64,000 bases of DNA from an uncultured Eubacteriales bacterium (GCA_934474225.1 CAKSLU010000007.1:5755-69754), one strand, 5' to 3'; positions 1-9,393 are shown, numbered from the stretch's first letter. Numbers and translations: made by a program. Notes: a model not told the origin generated them from the letters alone.

Positions 1-212
1 AATTTGTGGAGAAGCGACGAGAAAAGCACTAAAGTTTCATTTTTCGATGCAATTATAGCACGCGCCGAGATGCCTGTCAAGCGTTTTTGATACTTTTCAG
101 ACAAAGATTTTGACGAACTGTAAGGCGCAAAATAAACCTTTTTTTGTGCAAAACAGCGTGTGGCTTCCGACGGCGGACAGCGGAACTGTCTGCGCAAAGG
201 AATCGGTTTCCG

Positions 213-262
213 CAAAAAAGCCCCCGCGGCAGACAAAATGCGCATTTTGTCTGCCGCGGGGC
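213..262 (-). terminator. Rho-independent terminator downstream of thiI
   Basis: On the minus strand the hairpin GCCCCGCGGCAGACAAAATGCGCATTTTGTCTGCCGCGGGGGC is followed by T6. It lies about 37 nt after the thiI stop. Confidence 0.7.
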
Positions 263-298
263 ATGCCGCCGTGCGGGCGGCGGCTTTTTCTTGTGTAT

Positions 299-1498
299 TT
301 AAGCCTCTTCGTAGCGGTGAATCTCGTCGGGCGTGATTTTGTAGGTGTACATCGTGGCAAACGCCTCGTCGCAGAGCGCGTCGAAGTCCAGCTTTGCCGC
401 CTCGGCGGCGACCTTCTCCGGCTCGGGGCGGGTCTTGGGATGCCGCGGCGTGAACACGGTGCAGCAGTCCTCATACGGTTCGATCGAGGTGTCGTAGGTG
501 TCGATGCGCCGCGCTGTCTGCACAATTTCTTCCTTATCGAGTCCGATGCAGGGACGGAAGACCGGCATGTCCGCCATCGCGTCGGTCACGCGGATGGCTT
601 CGAGCGTCTGGCTGGCGACCTGCCCGAGGCTCTCGCCCGTGATGAGCGCGCCGCAGTGGCACTTTTCCGCCGTGCGCGCCGCCAGCTTCATCATAAAACG
701 GCGGAGCAGCAGCGTGAAATAGTCCTCACAGCACTTGTTTTTGATTTCCTCCTGCACATGCGTGAGCGAAATGACATGCACATACATGCAGTCGCTGTAG
801 GCGGTGACCTTCTGCGCCAGGGTCAGCACCTTGTCGCGTGCGCGCTCGCTGGTGTAGGGGAAGCTCTCAAAGTGCAGGGCGTCCACCGTCATGCCGCGCT
901 TGGCCATCATGAACCCGGCAACCGGGCTGTCGATGCCGCCCGAAAGCAGCAGGAGCCCGCGCCCGCTCGAACCGATGGGCATGCCGCCCGCGCCGCGCAG
1001 CTGGTCAAAGTGGATGTATGCGCCCGCCTCGCGGATCTCCACGCGCACGACCCGCTCGGGGTGATGCACATCTACGCGGATAGAGGGGATGCTCTCGAGG
1101 ATGAACGCGCCGACCTCGGCGGAAATCTCGGGTGAGCCGAACGGGAAGGTCTTGTCCGAGCGCTTTGCCTCCACCTTGAAGGTGCGGACGCCCGCCATGC
1201 GGCGCGGCAGATATTCCGCCACGCAGGCGCGCAGACTTTCCATATTCTTGTCACAGACGGCGGCAACCGTCACGCGGTTGAAGCCGAAGGTGCGCGTCAT
1301 GCTCTCGAGTGCGCCGTCGAGGTCGCAGCCGTCGTCCAACGGCTCGACGTACACGGTGCTCTGCACATTTCGCACCGAAAAATTGCCGCAGCGCGCGACG
1401 CGCGCCTTGACGCGGCGCACGAGCATGGATTCAAAATGCGCCTTGTTTGCGCCCTTGAGCACCAGCTCGCCGTATTTACAGAGGATAACTTCCTTCAT
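299..1498 (-). CDS. thiI: tRNA 4-thiouridine synthase / sulfurtransferase ThiI
   Basis: 399-aa ORF with PP-loop motif LLLLSGGIDSPVAG and a THUMP-like N-terminal half. It starts 19 nt after the proA stop. Confidence 0.9.
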   Translation of the reverse strand: MKEVILCKYGELVLKGANKAHFESMLVRRVKARVARCGNFSVRNVQSTVYVEPLDDGCDLDGALESMTRTFGFNRVTVAAVCDKNMESLRACVAEYLPRRMAGVRTFKVEAKRSDKTFPFGSPEISAEVGAFILESIPSIRVDVHHPERVVRVEIREAGAYIHFDQLRGAGGMPIGSSGRGLLLLSGGIDSPVAGFMMAKRGMTVDALHFESFPYTSERARDKVLTLAQKVTAYSDCMYVHVISLTHVQEEIKNKCCEDYFTLLLRRFMMKLAARTAEKCHCGALITGESLGQVASQTLEAIRVTDAMADMPVFRPCIGLDKEEIVQTARRIDTYDTSIEPYEDCCTVFTPRHPKTRPEPEKVAAEAAKLDFDALCDEAFATMYTYKITPDEIHRYEEA

Positions 1499-1517
1499 AT
1501 TTGTCTCTCTTTTCGAT

Positions 1518-2771
1518 TTATTTGCGCACCGCGCCGTTTGATGTGACGAGGTACTTGACGGTGGTCAGCGCCGACAGCCCCATCGGTCCTCTGGCGTGCA
1601 GCTTCTGCGTGGAGATGCCGATCTCCGCGCCGTAGCCGAATTCGCCGCCGTCGGTGAAGCGGGTGGAGGTGTTGACATAGACCGCCGCCGCATCGACGCC
1701 GCCGGTGAAATACCGCGCCGCCGCGTCGTCGCGCGTGACGATCGCCTCACTGTGCCTCGTGCCGTGGCGGTTGATGTGTTCGACCGCCTCGCGGACGTTT
1801 TCCACGGCCTTGACCGAGATGATGAGGTCGTTGTATTCGGTGTCGAAGTCCTCGGGCGCGGCGGGGACGGCGTGCTGAAAGCAGCCGATGCAGTTTGCAT
1901 CCGCACGGATCTCCACGCCGCAGCGCTGCATGTCCGCCTCAAAAAGGGGCAGAAATTCCGCCGCGATCGCCCGGTCACAGAGCAGGCATTCCGCCGCGTT
2001 GCAGACCGAGGGGCGCTGTGCCTTGGCATTTTCGATGATGCGGCGCGCCATGTCAAAGTCGGCGGTCTTCTCCACATAGATGTGGCAGTTGCCCGCGCCG
2101 GTCTCGATGACCGGCACCTTGGCGTTGTCCACCACATTGCGGATAAGGCCCTTGCCGCCGCGCGGAATCAGCACATCCACATAGCCGCGGATGCTCAGCA
2201 GTGCGTCTGCGCCCGCGCGCTCGGTGCGCTCCACAAGGCAGACGCAGTCGCGCGGCAGGCCGTGCGCCTCCAGCGCGTCGCCGACGACGCAGCAGATGGC
2301 GCGGCTGGAGGCGATGGCTTCCTTGCCGCCGCGCAGCACCGCCGCATTGCCGCTGCGGATGCAGAGCGCCGCCGCGTCGAGCGTGACATTCGGGCGCGCC
2401 TCAAAAATCATGGCGACCATGCCGAGCGGCACGCGGCGCTCGGCAATGTGCAGCCCCGCCGGGGTCGTCCAGGTCTTCTCGCCGCCGACCGGATCGTCGA
2501 GGCGTGCGAGCGCGCGCACCGCCTCCGCCATGCCGGAAAGGCGGGCGTCGGTCAGGCGCAGGCGGTCGAGCATCGGCGTGGGCACGCCGTTTTCCGCCGC
2601 CGATGCGAGGTCAAGCCGGTTTGCCGCGAGAATCTCGGGACGCGCCATCTCCACGCGGTCGGCGAGATCGAGCAGCACAGCGCGCCGCGTCTCGTCCGAT
2701 GCGGTGTTCAGGGCGGCGGACGCCGCCTTCGCGCGCTTTTCCAGTTCCAGTATGTAATCGTAGATCTCCAT
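1518..2771 (-). CDS. proA: gamma-glutamyl phosphate reductase
   Basis: 417-aa ORF of the aldehyde-dehydrogenase type, with catalytic-Cys segment PSVCNAAECLL typical of ProA. Confidence 0.92.
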   Translation of the reverse strand: MEIYDYILELEKRAKAASAALNTASDETRRAVLLDLADRVEMARPEILAANRLDLASAAENGVPTPMLDRLRLTDARLSGMAEAVRALARLDDPVGGEKTWTTPAGLHIAERRVPLGMVAMIFEARPNVTLDAAALCIRSGNAAVLRGGKEAIASSRAICCVVGDALEAHGLPRDCVCLVERTERAGADALLSIRGYVDVLIPRGGKGLIRNVVDNAKVPVIETGAGNCHIYVEKTADFDMARRIIENAKAQRPSVCNAAECLLCDRAIAAEFLPLFEADMQRCGVEIRADANCIGCFQHAVPAAPEDFDTEYNDLIISVKAVENVREAVEHINRHGTRHSEAIVTRDDAAARYFTGGVDAAAVYVNTSTRFTDGGEFGYGAEIGISTQKLHARGPMGLSALTTVKYLVTSNGAVRK

Positions 2772-2858
2772 GATATTTGTCCTTTGGTATGGTGTGATGG
2801 GGGAGGCTTCCCTTGGGGGAAGGCTATGTTAGAATGCGCACGGGCATGTGCACATCTT

Positions 2859-2968
2859 CAGCCCCCCTCGGTGAGGGGGCTGTCACCGATAGGTGACTGG
2901 GGGAGTTTTTGCTTTGTACAAAACTCCTTCCGGCGCCGTTCGGCGCCACCTCCCTCACCGAGGGAGGT
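2859..2968 (+). repeat. R1 five-hairpin element, subtype b
   Basis: CAGCCCCCCTCGGTGAGGGGGCTG / GTCACCGATAGGTGAC / GGAGTTTTT..AAAACTCC / GGCGCCGTTCGGCGCC / CCTCCCTCACCGAGGGAGG. An orphan GCTTCCC-TTGG-GGGAAGC hairpin lies at about 2803-2824. Confidence 0.85.
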
Positions 2969-2992
2969 AAAAAGATAGAATGCGTTTGGTTG

Positions 2993-3126
2993 CGGCGGGA
3001 GACAGACGGCGCCCTACGGTAGAAATCGTGTGCGATGAGCAAAATTACCGCTTTTCTGTAGGGGCGATTCACGAATCGCCCGCTTTGCCTCAGTGGGTGC
3101 GGACCGTCGAGGACGCCGGTCCCTAC
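2993..3126. repeat. REP/BIME-like cluster of GTAGGG-headed palindromic units
   Basis: GCGGCGGGAGACAGACGGCGCCCTAC (2993-3017), a 40-nt linker, GTAGGGGCGATTCACGAATCGCCCG (3058-3082), and the inverted unit GCGGACCGTCGAGGACGCCGGTCCCTAC (3099-3126). Confidence 0.85.
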
Positions 3127-3145
3127 AAAGTTGGTGCGTCGATTC

Positions 3146-3256
3146 GGCTCCCCTGTGCAAGGGGAGCTGGCGCGTAAGCGCCTGAGGGGTTGTTTCGTTG
3201 CTCTGTAACAATCCCTCCGTCGGCTCCGCCGACACCTCCCTTTACACAAGGGAGGC
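3146..3256 (+). repeat. R1 five-hairpin element, subtype a
   Basis: GGCTCCCCTGTGCAAGGGGAGC / GGCGCGTAAGCGCC / GAGGGGTTGT..ACAATCCCTC / GTCGGCTCCGCCGAC / CCTCCCTTTACACAAGGGAGG. Confidence 0.9.
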
Positions 3257-3275
3257 ATGGTTTGTGCGCCGCGCC

Positions 3276-4058
3276 TTACTTCCCCGCGGCGAAGAATGTG
3301 CCGATGGTCTTCCCGCGGAAGACATCGTACAGCTTCTCCGGGTCGGTGCCCGACATAATCAGCATCGGGATGCCCGCCGCCTCGGCAATCTGCGCGGCCA
3401 GCAGCTTTGCCTGCATGCCGCCGGTGCCCATCGCGGTGCCCGCGCCGCCCGCCGCCGCAACCATCTCGTCGGTCACGGTCTCCACGCGCGCAATCAGCTT
3501 GGCGTCCGGGTTCTTGCGGGGGTCGCTGTCATAATAGCCGTCAATATCGGTGAGGTTGATGATGAGGTCGGCGTGGACGACCATGCCGACATAGGCGGAA
3601 AGGCGGTCGTTGCCGCCGAACTCCAGCTCATAGCAGGAAATCGGGTCATTCTCGTTGATAATCGGCACGCAGCCCATCGAGAGCAGCTCCGAGAAGGTGT
3701 CCTCGGCGGCGGCGCGGCGGTCGGGATTGTCAATGACGTCGCGGGTGAGCAGCAGCTGCGCGACGGTGTAGCCGAACAGCGAAAAGAACTTGCCGTAAAT
3801 CTTCATGATCTCGTTCTGCCCGATGGCGGCAAGCGCCTGCTTCTCCCGCGTGCAGGTGGGGCGGTGGAAATTGATCTTCGCCGTGCCCGCCTGCACCGCG
3901 CCGGAGGAGACGAGGATGATCTCGCGCCCCTCGTTCTTGAGGTCGGACAGGACGCGCGCCAGCGTCTCGAGGCGGTACAGGTTCAGCTTGCCGGTGTCGT
4001 GCGTCATGGTGGAGGAACCGATCTTCACCACGATGCGCTTGTACTTTTGCGTATCCAT
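3276..4058 (-). CDS. proB: glutamate 5-kinase (short form, no PUA domain)
   Basis: 260-aa ORF with amino-acid-kinase motifs VVKIGSS and LVSSGAV. Same strand as proA but separated from it by 504 bp of repeats. Confidence 0.9.
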   Translation of the reverse strand: MDTQKYKRIVVKIGSSTMTHDTGKLNLYRLETLARVLSDLKNEGREIILVSSGAVQAGTAKINFHRPTCTREKQALAAIGQNEIMKIYGKFFSLFGYTVAQLLLTRDVIDNPDRRAAAEDTFSELLSMGCVPIINENDPISCYELEFGGNDRLSAYVGMVVHADLIINLTDIDGYYDSDPRKNPDAKLIARVETVTDEMVAAAGGAGTAMGTGGMQAKLLAAQIAEAAGIPMLIMSGTDPEKLYDVFRGKTIGTFFAAGK

Positions 4059-4172
4059 TCTTGTATTTTCTCCGATTTTTTAAGCAAAACTCTTTAATTG
4101 TGCTTAAATCTATAGTATAATATGATATTATAAAGCAACTCTGCGCAAATTGCAAGGGAAAAAGGATTTATC

Positions 4173-4496
4173 ATGAAACAGAAATATACCATCACCCTCC
4201 TCGACCTGCCGGTCAGCGTGGTCAGCGACGAGGACGAAGACACCGTAAACGCGCTGGCAGCCGAACTCAATGAAAAACTCCAGGCGGCGCTCTGGAAGTC
4301 GCGCCAGGTCTCCAAGACCGAGGCGGCGCTCTTCTGCGCGCTGGACGCCTTCTCGGAGGCGAAGACCCTCGCCGAGAAGCTGAACCGCGCCGAGGCGCAA
4401 CTGGAGCTGTACACCGCCAACCTCGCCCGCATGAAGGAAGAGAACGATAAACTCACCGCGCGCGTGGACGCGCTGGAAGCCCGCCGCCGCAAATGA
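4173..4496 (+). CDS. zapA: cell division protein ZapA
   Basis: 107-aa ORF with the ZapA pattern: an N-terminal beta region (YTITLLDLPVSVVSDEDE), then a helical region and a C-terminal coiled coil. Confidence 0.75.
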   Translation: MKQKYTITLLDLPVSVVSDEDEDTVNALAAELNEKLQAALWKSRQVSKTEAALFCALDAFSEAKTLAEKLNRAEAQLELYTANLARMKEENDKLTARVDALEARRRK

Positions 4497-6490
4497 GAGA
4501 CGGACTGCCCGAGCTGCTTGCACCCGCGGGCGGCTTTGACGCGCTGGAGGCGGCGATTGAGGCGGGCGCGGACGCGGTCTACTTCGGCGGCGAAAGTTTC
4601 GGTGCGCGTGCCTTTGCGAAAAATTTCAGCCGCGACGAGATTGCCGCGGCGGCAAAGCTCTGCCGCGCCTATGGCGTGAAGAGCTATGTCACGCTCAACA
4701 CGCTGGTGTTTGACCGCGAGATGCAGGACATGCTTGCCTACGCCGCCTTTCTTGAAGAGGCGGGCGTGGACGCGCTGATCATCGCCGACATGGGCGCGGC
4801 GGCGCTGATTCGGGAGAAGATTCCGACCATGCAGCTGCACGCCAGCACCCAATTTTCGGGGCACAACACCGACGCGGCGCGGTTTCTCGCGGCGCACGGC
4901 TTTTCCCGCATGGTTGCCGCGCGCGAACTGTCACGCGAGAACCTCACCGCGCTCTGCAAAGCGTCGCCTATCGAGATTGAGACCTTCATCCACGGCGCGC
5001 TCTGCGTCTGCCACAGCGGACAATGCCTCTTCAGCAGCATGGTGGGCGGGCGCAGCGGCAACCGCGGCATGTGCGCACAGCCCTGCCGCCTGCCCGACGC
5101 GCACGGGAATTACCCGCTCAGCCTAAAGGATTTGTCGATGGCAGCCCGCATCCCCGAGCTGCTCTCCACCGGCGCAGCCTCGCTCAAAATCGAGGGGCGC
5201 ATGAAAGCGCCGGAATATGTCTTCGGCGTGACGAAGATTTACCGCCGCCTGCTCGACGAGCGGCGGCGCGCGACGCCGGACGAGGAGCGCGAGCTTGCGG
5301 AGATTTTCTCGCGCAGCGGCTTCACCACCGGCTATTTCGACGGCAAAATCTCGTCGTCCATGCTCGGCGTGCGCCGCGCGGACGACAAGGAAAACAGCCG
5401 CGCGCAGACCCCCTTTGCGGGGCTGCAGAAGAAGCTGCCGCTCACGCTGTCGGCAACGCTGCGGCGGGACGAGCCGTTCACCCTGACGGTGACGGGCGCG
5501 CGCGGGCGCGTGACGGTGACAGGCGGCGTGCCCGAGGCGGCGCGCACCGCCCCGCTCGACGCGGCGGCACTGGAAAAGAACCTCGCAAAGCTCGGCGGCA
5601 CGTCCTACTTTGCCGAAAAAATCGACATCGACCTCGACGACGGGCTGATTCTGCGCGTGAGCGAAATCAACGCCCTGCGCCGTGCCGCGCTGGATACCTA
5701 CGCGGCGCTCGGCGAGCGGGAACATATCGCGCGCGCCGACTTTACGCCGAAAAAGTGCGCAAAGGAAGATACCGCCGCGCGCACGGCGCTCGTGATGCGC
5801 GCGGAGAACCTGCCCGCAGAGGATGCGTTCTACGACTTTTTTGACCTGGTGTTTCTGCCGCTTGCCGAGTACCTCGGCGGCGACTTTCCGCGCGTCCTCG
5901 GCGTGGCGCTGCCCGGCGTGATTCCGGACAGTGAACGCGAAAACGTGCTTGCCGATCTGAGGGACGCCTACGCCCGCGGCGCGCGGCACGCGCTCTGCGG
6001 CAACTACGGGCACCTCGACCTCTGCCGCGCGGCGGGGCTTGTGCCGCACGGCGACTTCCGCCTGAATGTGACAAACGGCGAGGCGGCGGCGTTCGCGCTG
6101 GCAAACGGTTTTGCAGACCTTATTCTCTCGCCCGAGCTGTCGGCGGCGCAGATCCGCGACATCGGCGGGCGCGTGCGCGCCGTGGTGTACGGCAGGGTGC
6201 CGCTGATGCTGCTGGAAAAGTGCGCGGCAAAAGAGACCTCCGGCTGCGCCGCCTGCGCGGACGACCACGCCGCGCTTGTTGACCGGCGGCACAAGCGGTT
6301 CCCGATTCTGCGGGAAGCGCCGCACCGCAACATTCTCTTCAATTGTGTGCCGACCTACGCGGCGGAGAATCCGCCGCCCGGCGGACAGCATTTCATCTTT
6401 TCCACCGAGCGCCCGGCGGAGATTTTGCGCGTGCTCGACGCCTACCGTCGCCGTCTTCCCCCCGCCGGGGAGATCCGAAGGTTGAAATAG
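4493..6490 (+). CDS. peptidase U32 family protein (collagenase-like / RNA hydroxylase family)
   Basis: 665-aa ORF with LLAPAGG..AGADAVYFGG and U32 signature ETFIHGALCVCHSGQCLFSS. ATGA overlap with zapA. Confidence 0.88.
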   Translation: MRDGLPELLAPAGGFDALEAAIEAGADAVYFGGESFGARAFAKNFSRDEIAAAAKLCRAYGVKSYVTLNTLVFDREMQDMLAYAAFLEEAGVDALIIADMGAAALIREKIPTMQLHASTQFSGHNTDAARFLAAHGFSRMVAARELSRENLTALCKASPIEIETFIHGALCVCHSGQCLFSSMVGGRSGNRGMCAQPCRLPDAHGNYPLSLKDLSMAARIPELLSTGAASLKIEGRMKAPEYVFGVTKIYRRLLDERRRATPDEERELAEIFSRSGFTTGYFDGKISSSMLGVRRADDKENSRAQTPFAGLQKKLPLTLSATLRRDEPFTLTVTGARGRVTVTGGVPEAARTAPLDAAALEKNLAKLGGTSYFAEKIDIDLDDGLILRVSEINALRRAALDTYAALGEREHIARADFTPKKCAKEDTAARTALVMRAENLPAEDAFYDFFDLVFLPLAEYLGGDFPRVLGVALPGVIPDSERENVLADLRDAYARGARHALCGNYGHLDLCRAAGLVPHGDFRLNVTNGEAAAFALANGFADLILSPELSAAQIRDIGGRVRAVVYGRVPLMLLEKCAAKETSGCAACADDHAALVDRRHKRFPILREAPHRNILFNCVPTYAAENPPPGGQHFIFSTERPAEILRVLDAYRRRLPPAGEIRRLK

Positions 6491-6495
6491 GGTGA

Positions 6496-6634
6496 GGCTT
6501 CCCTTGGGGGAAGCTGTCGCCGTAGGCGACTGATGAGGGATTGATGCAAGCAAAGCATCGCACTGTGCTGTGCCTGCTGCCTGCATGCCCTCATCCGTCA
6601 CGCTTCGCGTGCCACCTTCCCCAACGGGGAAGGC
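6496..6634 (+). repeat. R1 five-hairpin element, subtype c
   Basis: GGCTTCCCTTGGGGGAAGC / GTCGCCGTAGGCGAC / GATGAGGG..(50-nt loop)..CCCTCATC / CACGCTTCGCGTG / CCTTCCCCAACGGGGAAGG. Confidence 0.85.
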
Positions 6635-6664
6635 TTGAATCGACTGCGCACGAAAGGAGTCCAC

Positions 6665-7270
6665 ATGAAACTTTATCTTGCATCCGGCTCGCCGCGCAGG
6701 CGGGAGATTCTCGACCTCATGCGCCTTCCCTACGAAGTTTTCCCCGCCGACGCGGACGAAACGCTTGACGCAGGTATCGGCATGGAGGCGGCGGGACGCC
6801 TGCTTGCCACCCGCAAGGCGGAGGCTGCCGCCACGCGCCTTACCGCCGCGGGGCGCGCCGACGCGGACGCGCTGATTCTCGCGGCGGACACATTGGTCTA
6901 CCTCGACGGCGCACCGCTCGGCAAACCGCACACCGAGGACGAGGCAGCAGCCATGCTCCGCGCCCTCTCGGGCAGGCGGCACTATGTCTGCACCGGCGTC
7001 TGCCTGCTGGCAGGCGGCACTGCGCACGCCGCCGCGGATGTGACCGCCGTCACGATGCGCGCCTACGGCGAGGACGAGGTGCGCGCCTATGTCGCCACCG
7101 GCGAACCGCTGGACAAGGCGGGCGCCTACGGCATCCAGGGCATCGGCGCGGTGCTCGTGGAGAAAATCGACGGCGACTTTTTCACCGTCATGGGGCTGCC
7201 GCCGCGCATTGTATACAGTCTGCTCCGGGAGACCGGTTATCCTTACTTTGACCTGCTGAAAGGACACTGA
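6665..7270 (+). CDS. maf: Maf-like nucleoside triphosphate pyrophosphatase (septum formation protein)
   Basis: N-terminus MKLYLASGSPRRREIL is typical of Maf. The ORF-track start (6635) runs into a repeat, so ATG 6665 was chosen. Confidence 0.88.
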   Translation: MKLYLASGSPRRREILDLMRLPYEVFPADADETLDAGIGMEAAGRLLATRKAEAAATRLTAAGRADADALILAADTLVYLDGAPLGKPHTEDEAAAMLRALSGRRHYVCTGVCLLAGGTAHAAADVTAVTMRAYGEDEVRAYVATGEPLDKAGAYGIQGIGAVLVEKIDGDFFTVMGLPPRIVYSLLRETGYPYFDLLKGH

Positions 7271-7276
7271 ACCGCC

Positions 7277-8311
7277 ATGAATCTGAATCTCTCCAAAGTC
7301 AACATGTCGAAGAGCCTCGGCATTGACCTCGGTACTTCCAATACGCTCATTTACCTCGCGGGCAAGGGCATCGTGCTGCAGGAGCCGTCCGTGGCTGCCA
7401 TCAACAGCCGCTCGATGCAGGTGCTGGAGGTGGGCGACGCGGCGGGGCTGATGGTCGGCAAGACCGGCGGCGAACAGCTTGCCTTCCGCCCCATCAAGGA
7501 CGGCGTCATTGCCGACTTTGATGTCACTGTGGACATGCTCGGCAAGTTCATCCGCAAGGTGACCGGCCCCATCTTCCTCAACCGCCCGAAGGTGGCGGTC
7601 TGCGTGCCGCTGGGGCTGACCGGCGTGGAGCGCCGCGCCTTTGAGGATGCGGCGGGCGGCGCGGGCGCGCGCAGCGTCACGCTGATCGAAGCGCCGATTG
7701 CCGCCGCCATCGGCGCTGGCATCAAAATCGGCGCGCCGCGCGGCAGCTTTATCATCGACATCGGCGGCGGCACCACCGAGGTCGCCACGGTTTCGCTCGG
7801 CGGCATCGTCGCCTCCGCCTCGGTGCGCGCGGCGTCCGCCAAGATGGACGACGCCATCATGCTGTACATCAAGCGGCGCTACAATGTGGGCATCAGCCCG
7901 AAGACCGCCGAGGCGCTCAAACTGCGCATCGGCTCGGTGCACCCGCAGGCCGATTCGGGCGCGATGGAGGTGCGCGGCAAGAACCTCGCCAGCGGCCTCC
8001 CCGTCACGCTGAATGTGACCAGCGGCGATGTGCGCGACGCCGTGGGCGATGTGATGGAGCAGATTCTCGACTGCATCCGCGCGGTGCTCGAGAAGACCCC
8101 GCCCGAACTCTGCGCCGACATCTACGACCGCGGCATTCTGCTGACCGGCGGTGGCGCGTCGCTGCGCGGGCTGCCCGTGCTGCTCTCGCAGATCACCGGC
8201 ATCCGCGTCACGGTGGCGGAGCGCCCGCTGCAGACCTGCGCGCTCGGCCTCGGCCGCTTTGTCGAGCACCCCGAGCGATACCCGTACCTCACGCAGTATA
8301 AGACAAGGTAA
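7277..8311 (+). CDS. mreB: rod shape-determining protein MreB
   Basis: Actin-fold motifs GIDLGTSNT and DIGGGTTE; 344 aa. ATG 7304 is an alternative start. Confidence 0.93.
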   Translation: MNLNLSKVNMSKSLGIDLGTSNTLIYLAGKGIVLQEPSVAAINSRSMQVLEVGDAAGLMVGKTGGEQLAFRPIKDGVIADFDVTVDMLGKFIRKVTGPIFLNRPKVAVCVPLGLTGVERRAFEDAAGGAGARSVTLIEAPIAAAIGAGIKIGAPRGSFIIDIGGGTTEVATVSLGGIVASASVRAASAKMDDAIMLYIKRRYNVGISPKTAEALKLRIGSVHPQADSGAMEVRGKNLASGLPVTLNVTSGDVRDAVGDVMEQILDCIRAVLEKTPPELCADIYDRGILLTGGGASLRGLPVLLSQITGIRVTVAERPLQTCALGLGRFVEHPERYPYLTQYKTR

Positions 8312-8319
8312 AGCGGGAC

Positions 8320-8437
8320 GCGGCGGGAGCGAGCCCCCGCCCTACGGTACAATTTTTTGCAAACCGGTAGGGGTCGGCGCCCTCGACGACCCGTTTTACT
8401 GCGGCGGCGACGGACCGTCGGGGACGCCGGTCCCTAC
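8320..8437. repeat. REP/BIME-like cluster between mreB and mreC
   Basis: GCGGCGGGAGCGAGCCCCCGCCCTAC (8320-8345), a 21-nt linker, GTAGGGGTCGGCGCCCTCGACGACCCG (8367-8393), and the inverted unit CGGACCGTCGGGGACGCCGGTCCCTAC (8411-8437). Confidence 0.85.
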
Positions 8438-8495
8438 AGGTTTGTGCGCCTTTTGCACCAACCATCCTCTCAAATTTTCCCGAAAGGAGTCGCGC

Positions 8496-9380
8496 ATGAA
8501 CGGCTTTTTCAGAAGCAAAACCTTTATCGTCATTCTCACGCTGCTCGTGATCCTCGGCGGCGTGCCCGCCATCCTCGGCGCGATGGGACAGGGCGATGTC
8601 GTGCGCGACGCCGCCGTATCCCTGCTCACGCCGCTGCGGCGCGGCGCCTACGCCGTGGGCGACGCATTTCGCGGCTACGGCGAATATTTCACCGAATTTG
8701 ACCGGCTGAAAGCCGAAAACGAGGCGCTCGCCGACGCGCTTGCCGACGCCGAGAGCAAGCTCTCGGACGCGCGCCTGCTCGCCGACGAAAACGAGTGGAT
8801 GCGCGCCTACCTCGGCATCAAGCGCCTGCACACCGACTTCACCTTCTGCGACGCCAACCTCATCGGCAGAGAGGCGGGCACCTACATGACCGCCTTCACA
8901 CTGGACCGCGGGAGCGGCGCGCAGGTGACCGTCGGCATGCCCGTCGTCACGGCGGACGGCGTCTGCGGCAGAGTGACCGAGGTGGGGCGCACCTTCTGCC
9001 GCGTCTCCACCATTCTGTCCTACGACTCCTCCATCGGCGCTTATGTCGAGCGGAGCGGCGAGGTCGGCATCGTCTGCGGCGACTTTGCGCGCGGCAAAGA
9101 CGGCGAATGCCTTCTGCGCTACCTGCCGTTTGACGCCGATGTCGAAGTCGGCGACCGCATCATTTCCAGCGGGCTCGGCAGCGTGTACCCGCGCGGGCTG
9201 GTCATCGGCGAGGTCACCGAGGTCACGGGCGACGCCTACGACCATACGAAGACCGCCGTGGTGCGTCCCGCCGCCGACCTCGCAGGCCTCACGCGCGTGA
9301 TGATCCTCACGGGCTACGATGTCTACACGGAAAAGCCCGCCGAAACGGCGGAAACGGACGAGACAAAAGCGGCGGATTAA
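8496..9380 (+). CDS. mreC: rod shape-determining protein MreC
   Basis: ATG 8496 is preceded by AAAGGAG. N-terminal TM helix, coiled coil (LKAENEALADALADAESKL) and a C-terminal beta-rich region. The 5' part of ORF-track entry 8151 is repeat-derived. Confidence 0.85.
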   Translation: MNGFFRSKTFIVILTLLVILGGVPAILGAMGQGDVVRDAAVSLLTPLRRGAYAVGDAFRGYGEYFTEFDRLKAENEALADALADAESKLSDARLLADENEWMRAYLGIKRLHTDFTFCDANLIGREAGTYMTAFTLDRGSGAQVTVGMPVVTADGVCGRVTEVGRTFCRVSTILSYDSSIGAYVERSGEVGIVCGDFARGKDGECLLRYLPFDADVEVGDRIISSGLGSVYPRGLVIGEVTEVTGDAYDHTKTAVVRPAADLAGLTRVMILTGYDVYTEKPAETAETDETKAAD

Positions 9381-9393
9381 GGCGCGCCGTTTC

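Noticed and set aside
264-290. Second hairpin, GCCGCC-GTGCG-GGCGGC followed by T5 on the plus strand, just downstream of the thiI terminator hairpin.
   Set aside because: No plus-strand gene ends upstream within the window, so its role as a terminator cannot be supported. It may belong to a convergent gene outside the window or be part of a bidirectional terminator.
3241-3256. R1 hairpin H5 (AAGGGAGG paired with CCTCCC) acting as a sequestered Shine-Dalgarno sequence for downstream genes.
   Set aside because: In every case checked (mreD, asnS, the secreted protein at 38968, maf) the gene has its own separate RBS 25-60 nt further downstream, and the elements occur in the same orientation next to genes on either strand.
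2824-3258. ORFs spanning the repeat arrays (for example 2824-3258, 12968-13207, 17555-17863, 20058-20483, 38762-39088, 42389-42811, 50433-50687, 59075-59579) that share peptide strings such as [14 protein letters not shown] and SPCTGEPK.
   Set aside because: The shared peptides are simply translations of the R1 and REP hairpins in various frames and orientations. They have no RBS, inconsistent frames and variable ends, so they are not a protein family.
4093-4121. Promoter for zapA, or divergent promoter for proB, in the AT-rich 114-bp gap; TATAAT at 4116-4121.
   Set aside because: No acceptable -35 hexamer lies at 16-18 nt spacing (TTGTGC is only 12 nt away), so the call is too weak to list as a feature.
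6530-6537. CTGATGAG, the hammerhead-ribozyme core motif, in all subtype-c R1 copies (also at about 21120 and 53928).
   Set aside because: The motif is fully base-paired with the downstream CCCTCATC as part of stem H3. There is no GAAA core or three-stem junction with a cleavage site in the required positions.
5123-8269. Very long antisense ORFs: 5123-8269 (1048 aa), 9609-12374 (921 aa), 13146-15989 (947 aa), 34797-37541 (914 aa), 48436-50685 (749 aa), 51223-53694 (823 aa), 29287-31920 (877 aa), 22075-24675 (866 aa) and similar.
   Set aside because: They lie opposite well-recognised genes (mreB, mrdA, asnS, pyk, uvrB, uvrA, GH2, GH43). They have Arg/Ala/Gly-rich low-complexity composition and no motifs. 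They are the expected stop-codon-poor shadow frames of a high-GC genome.
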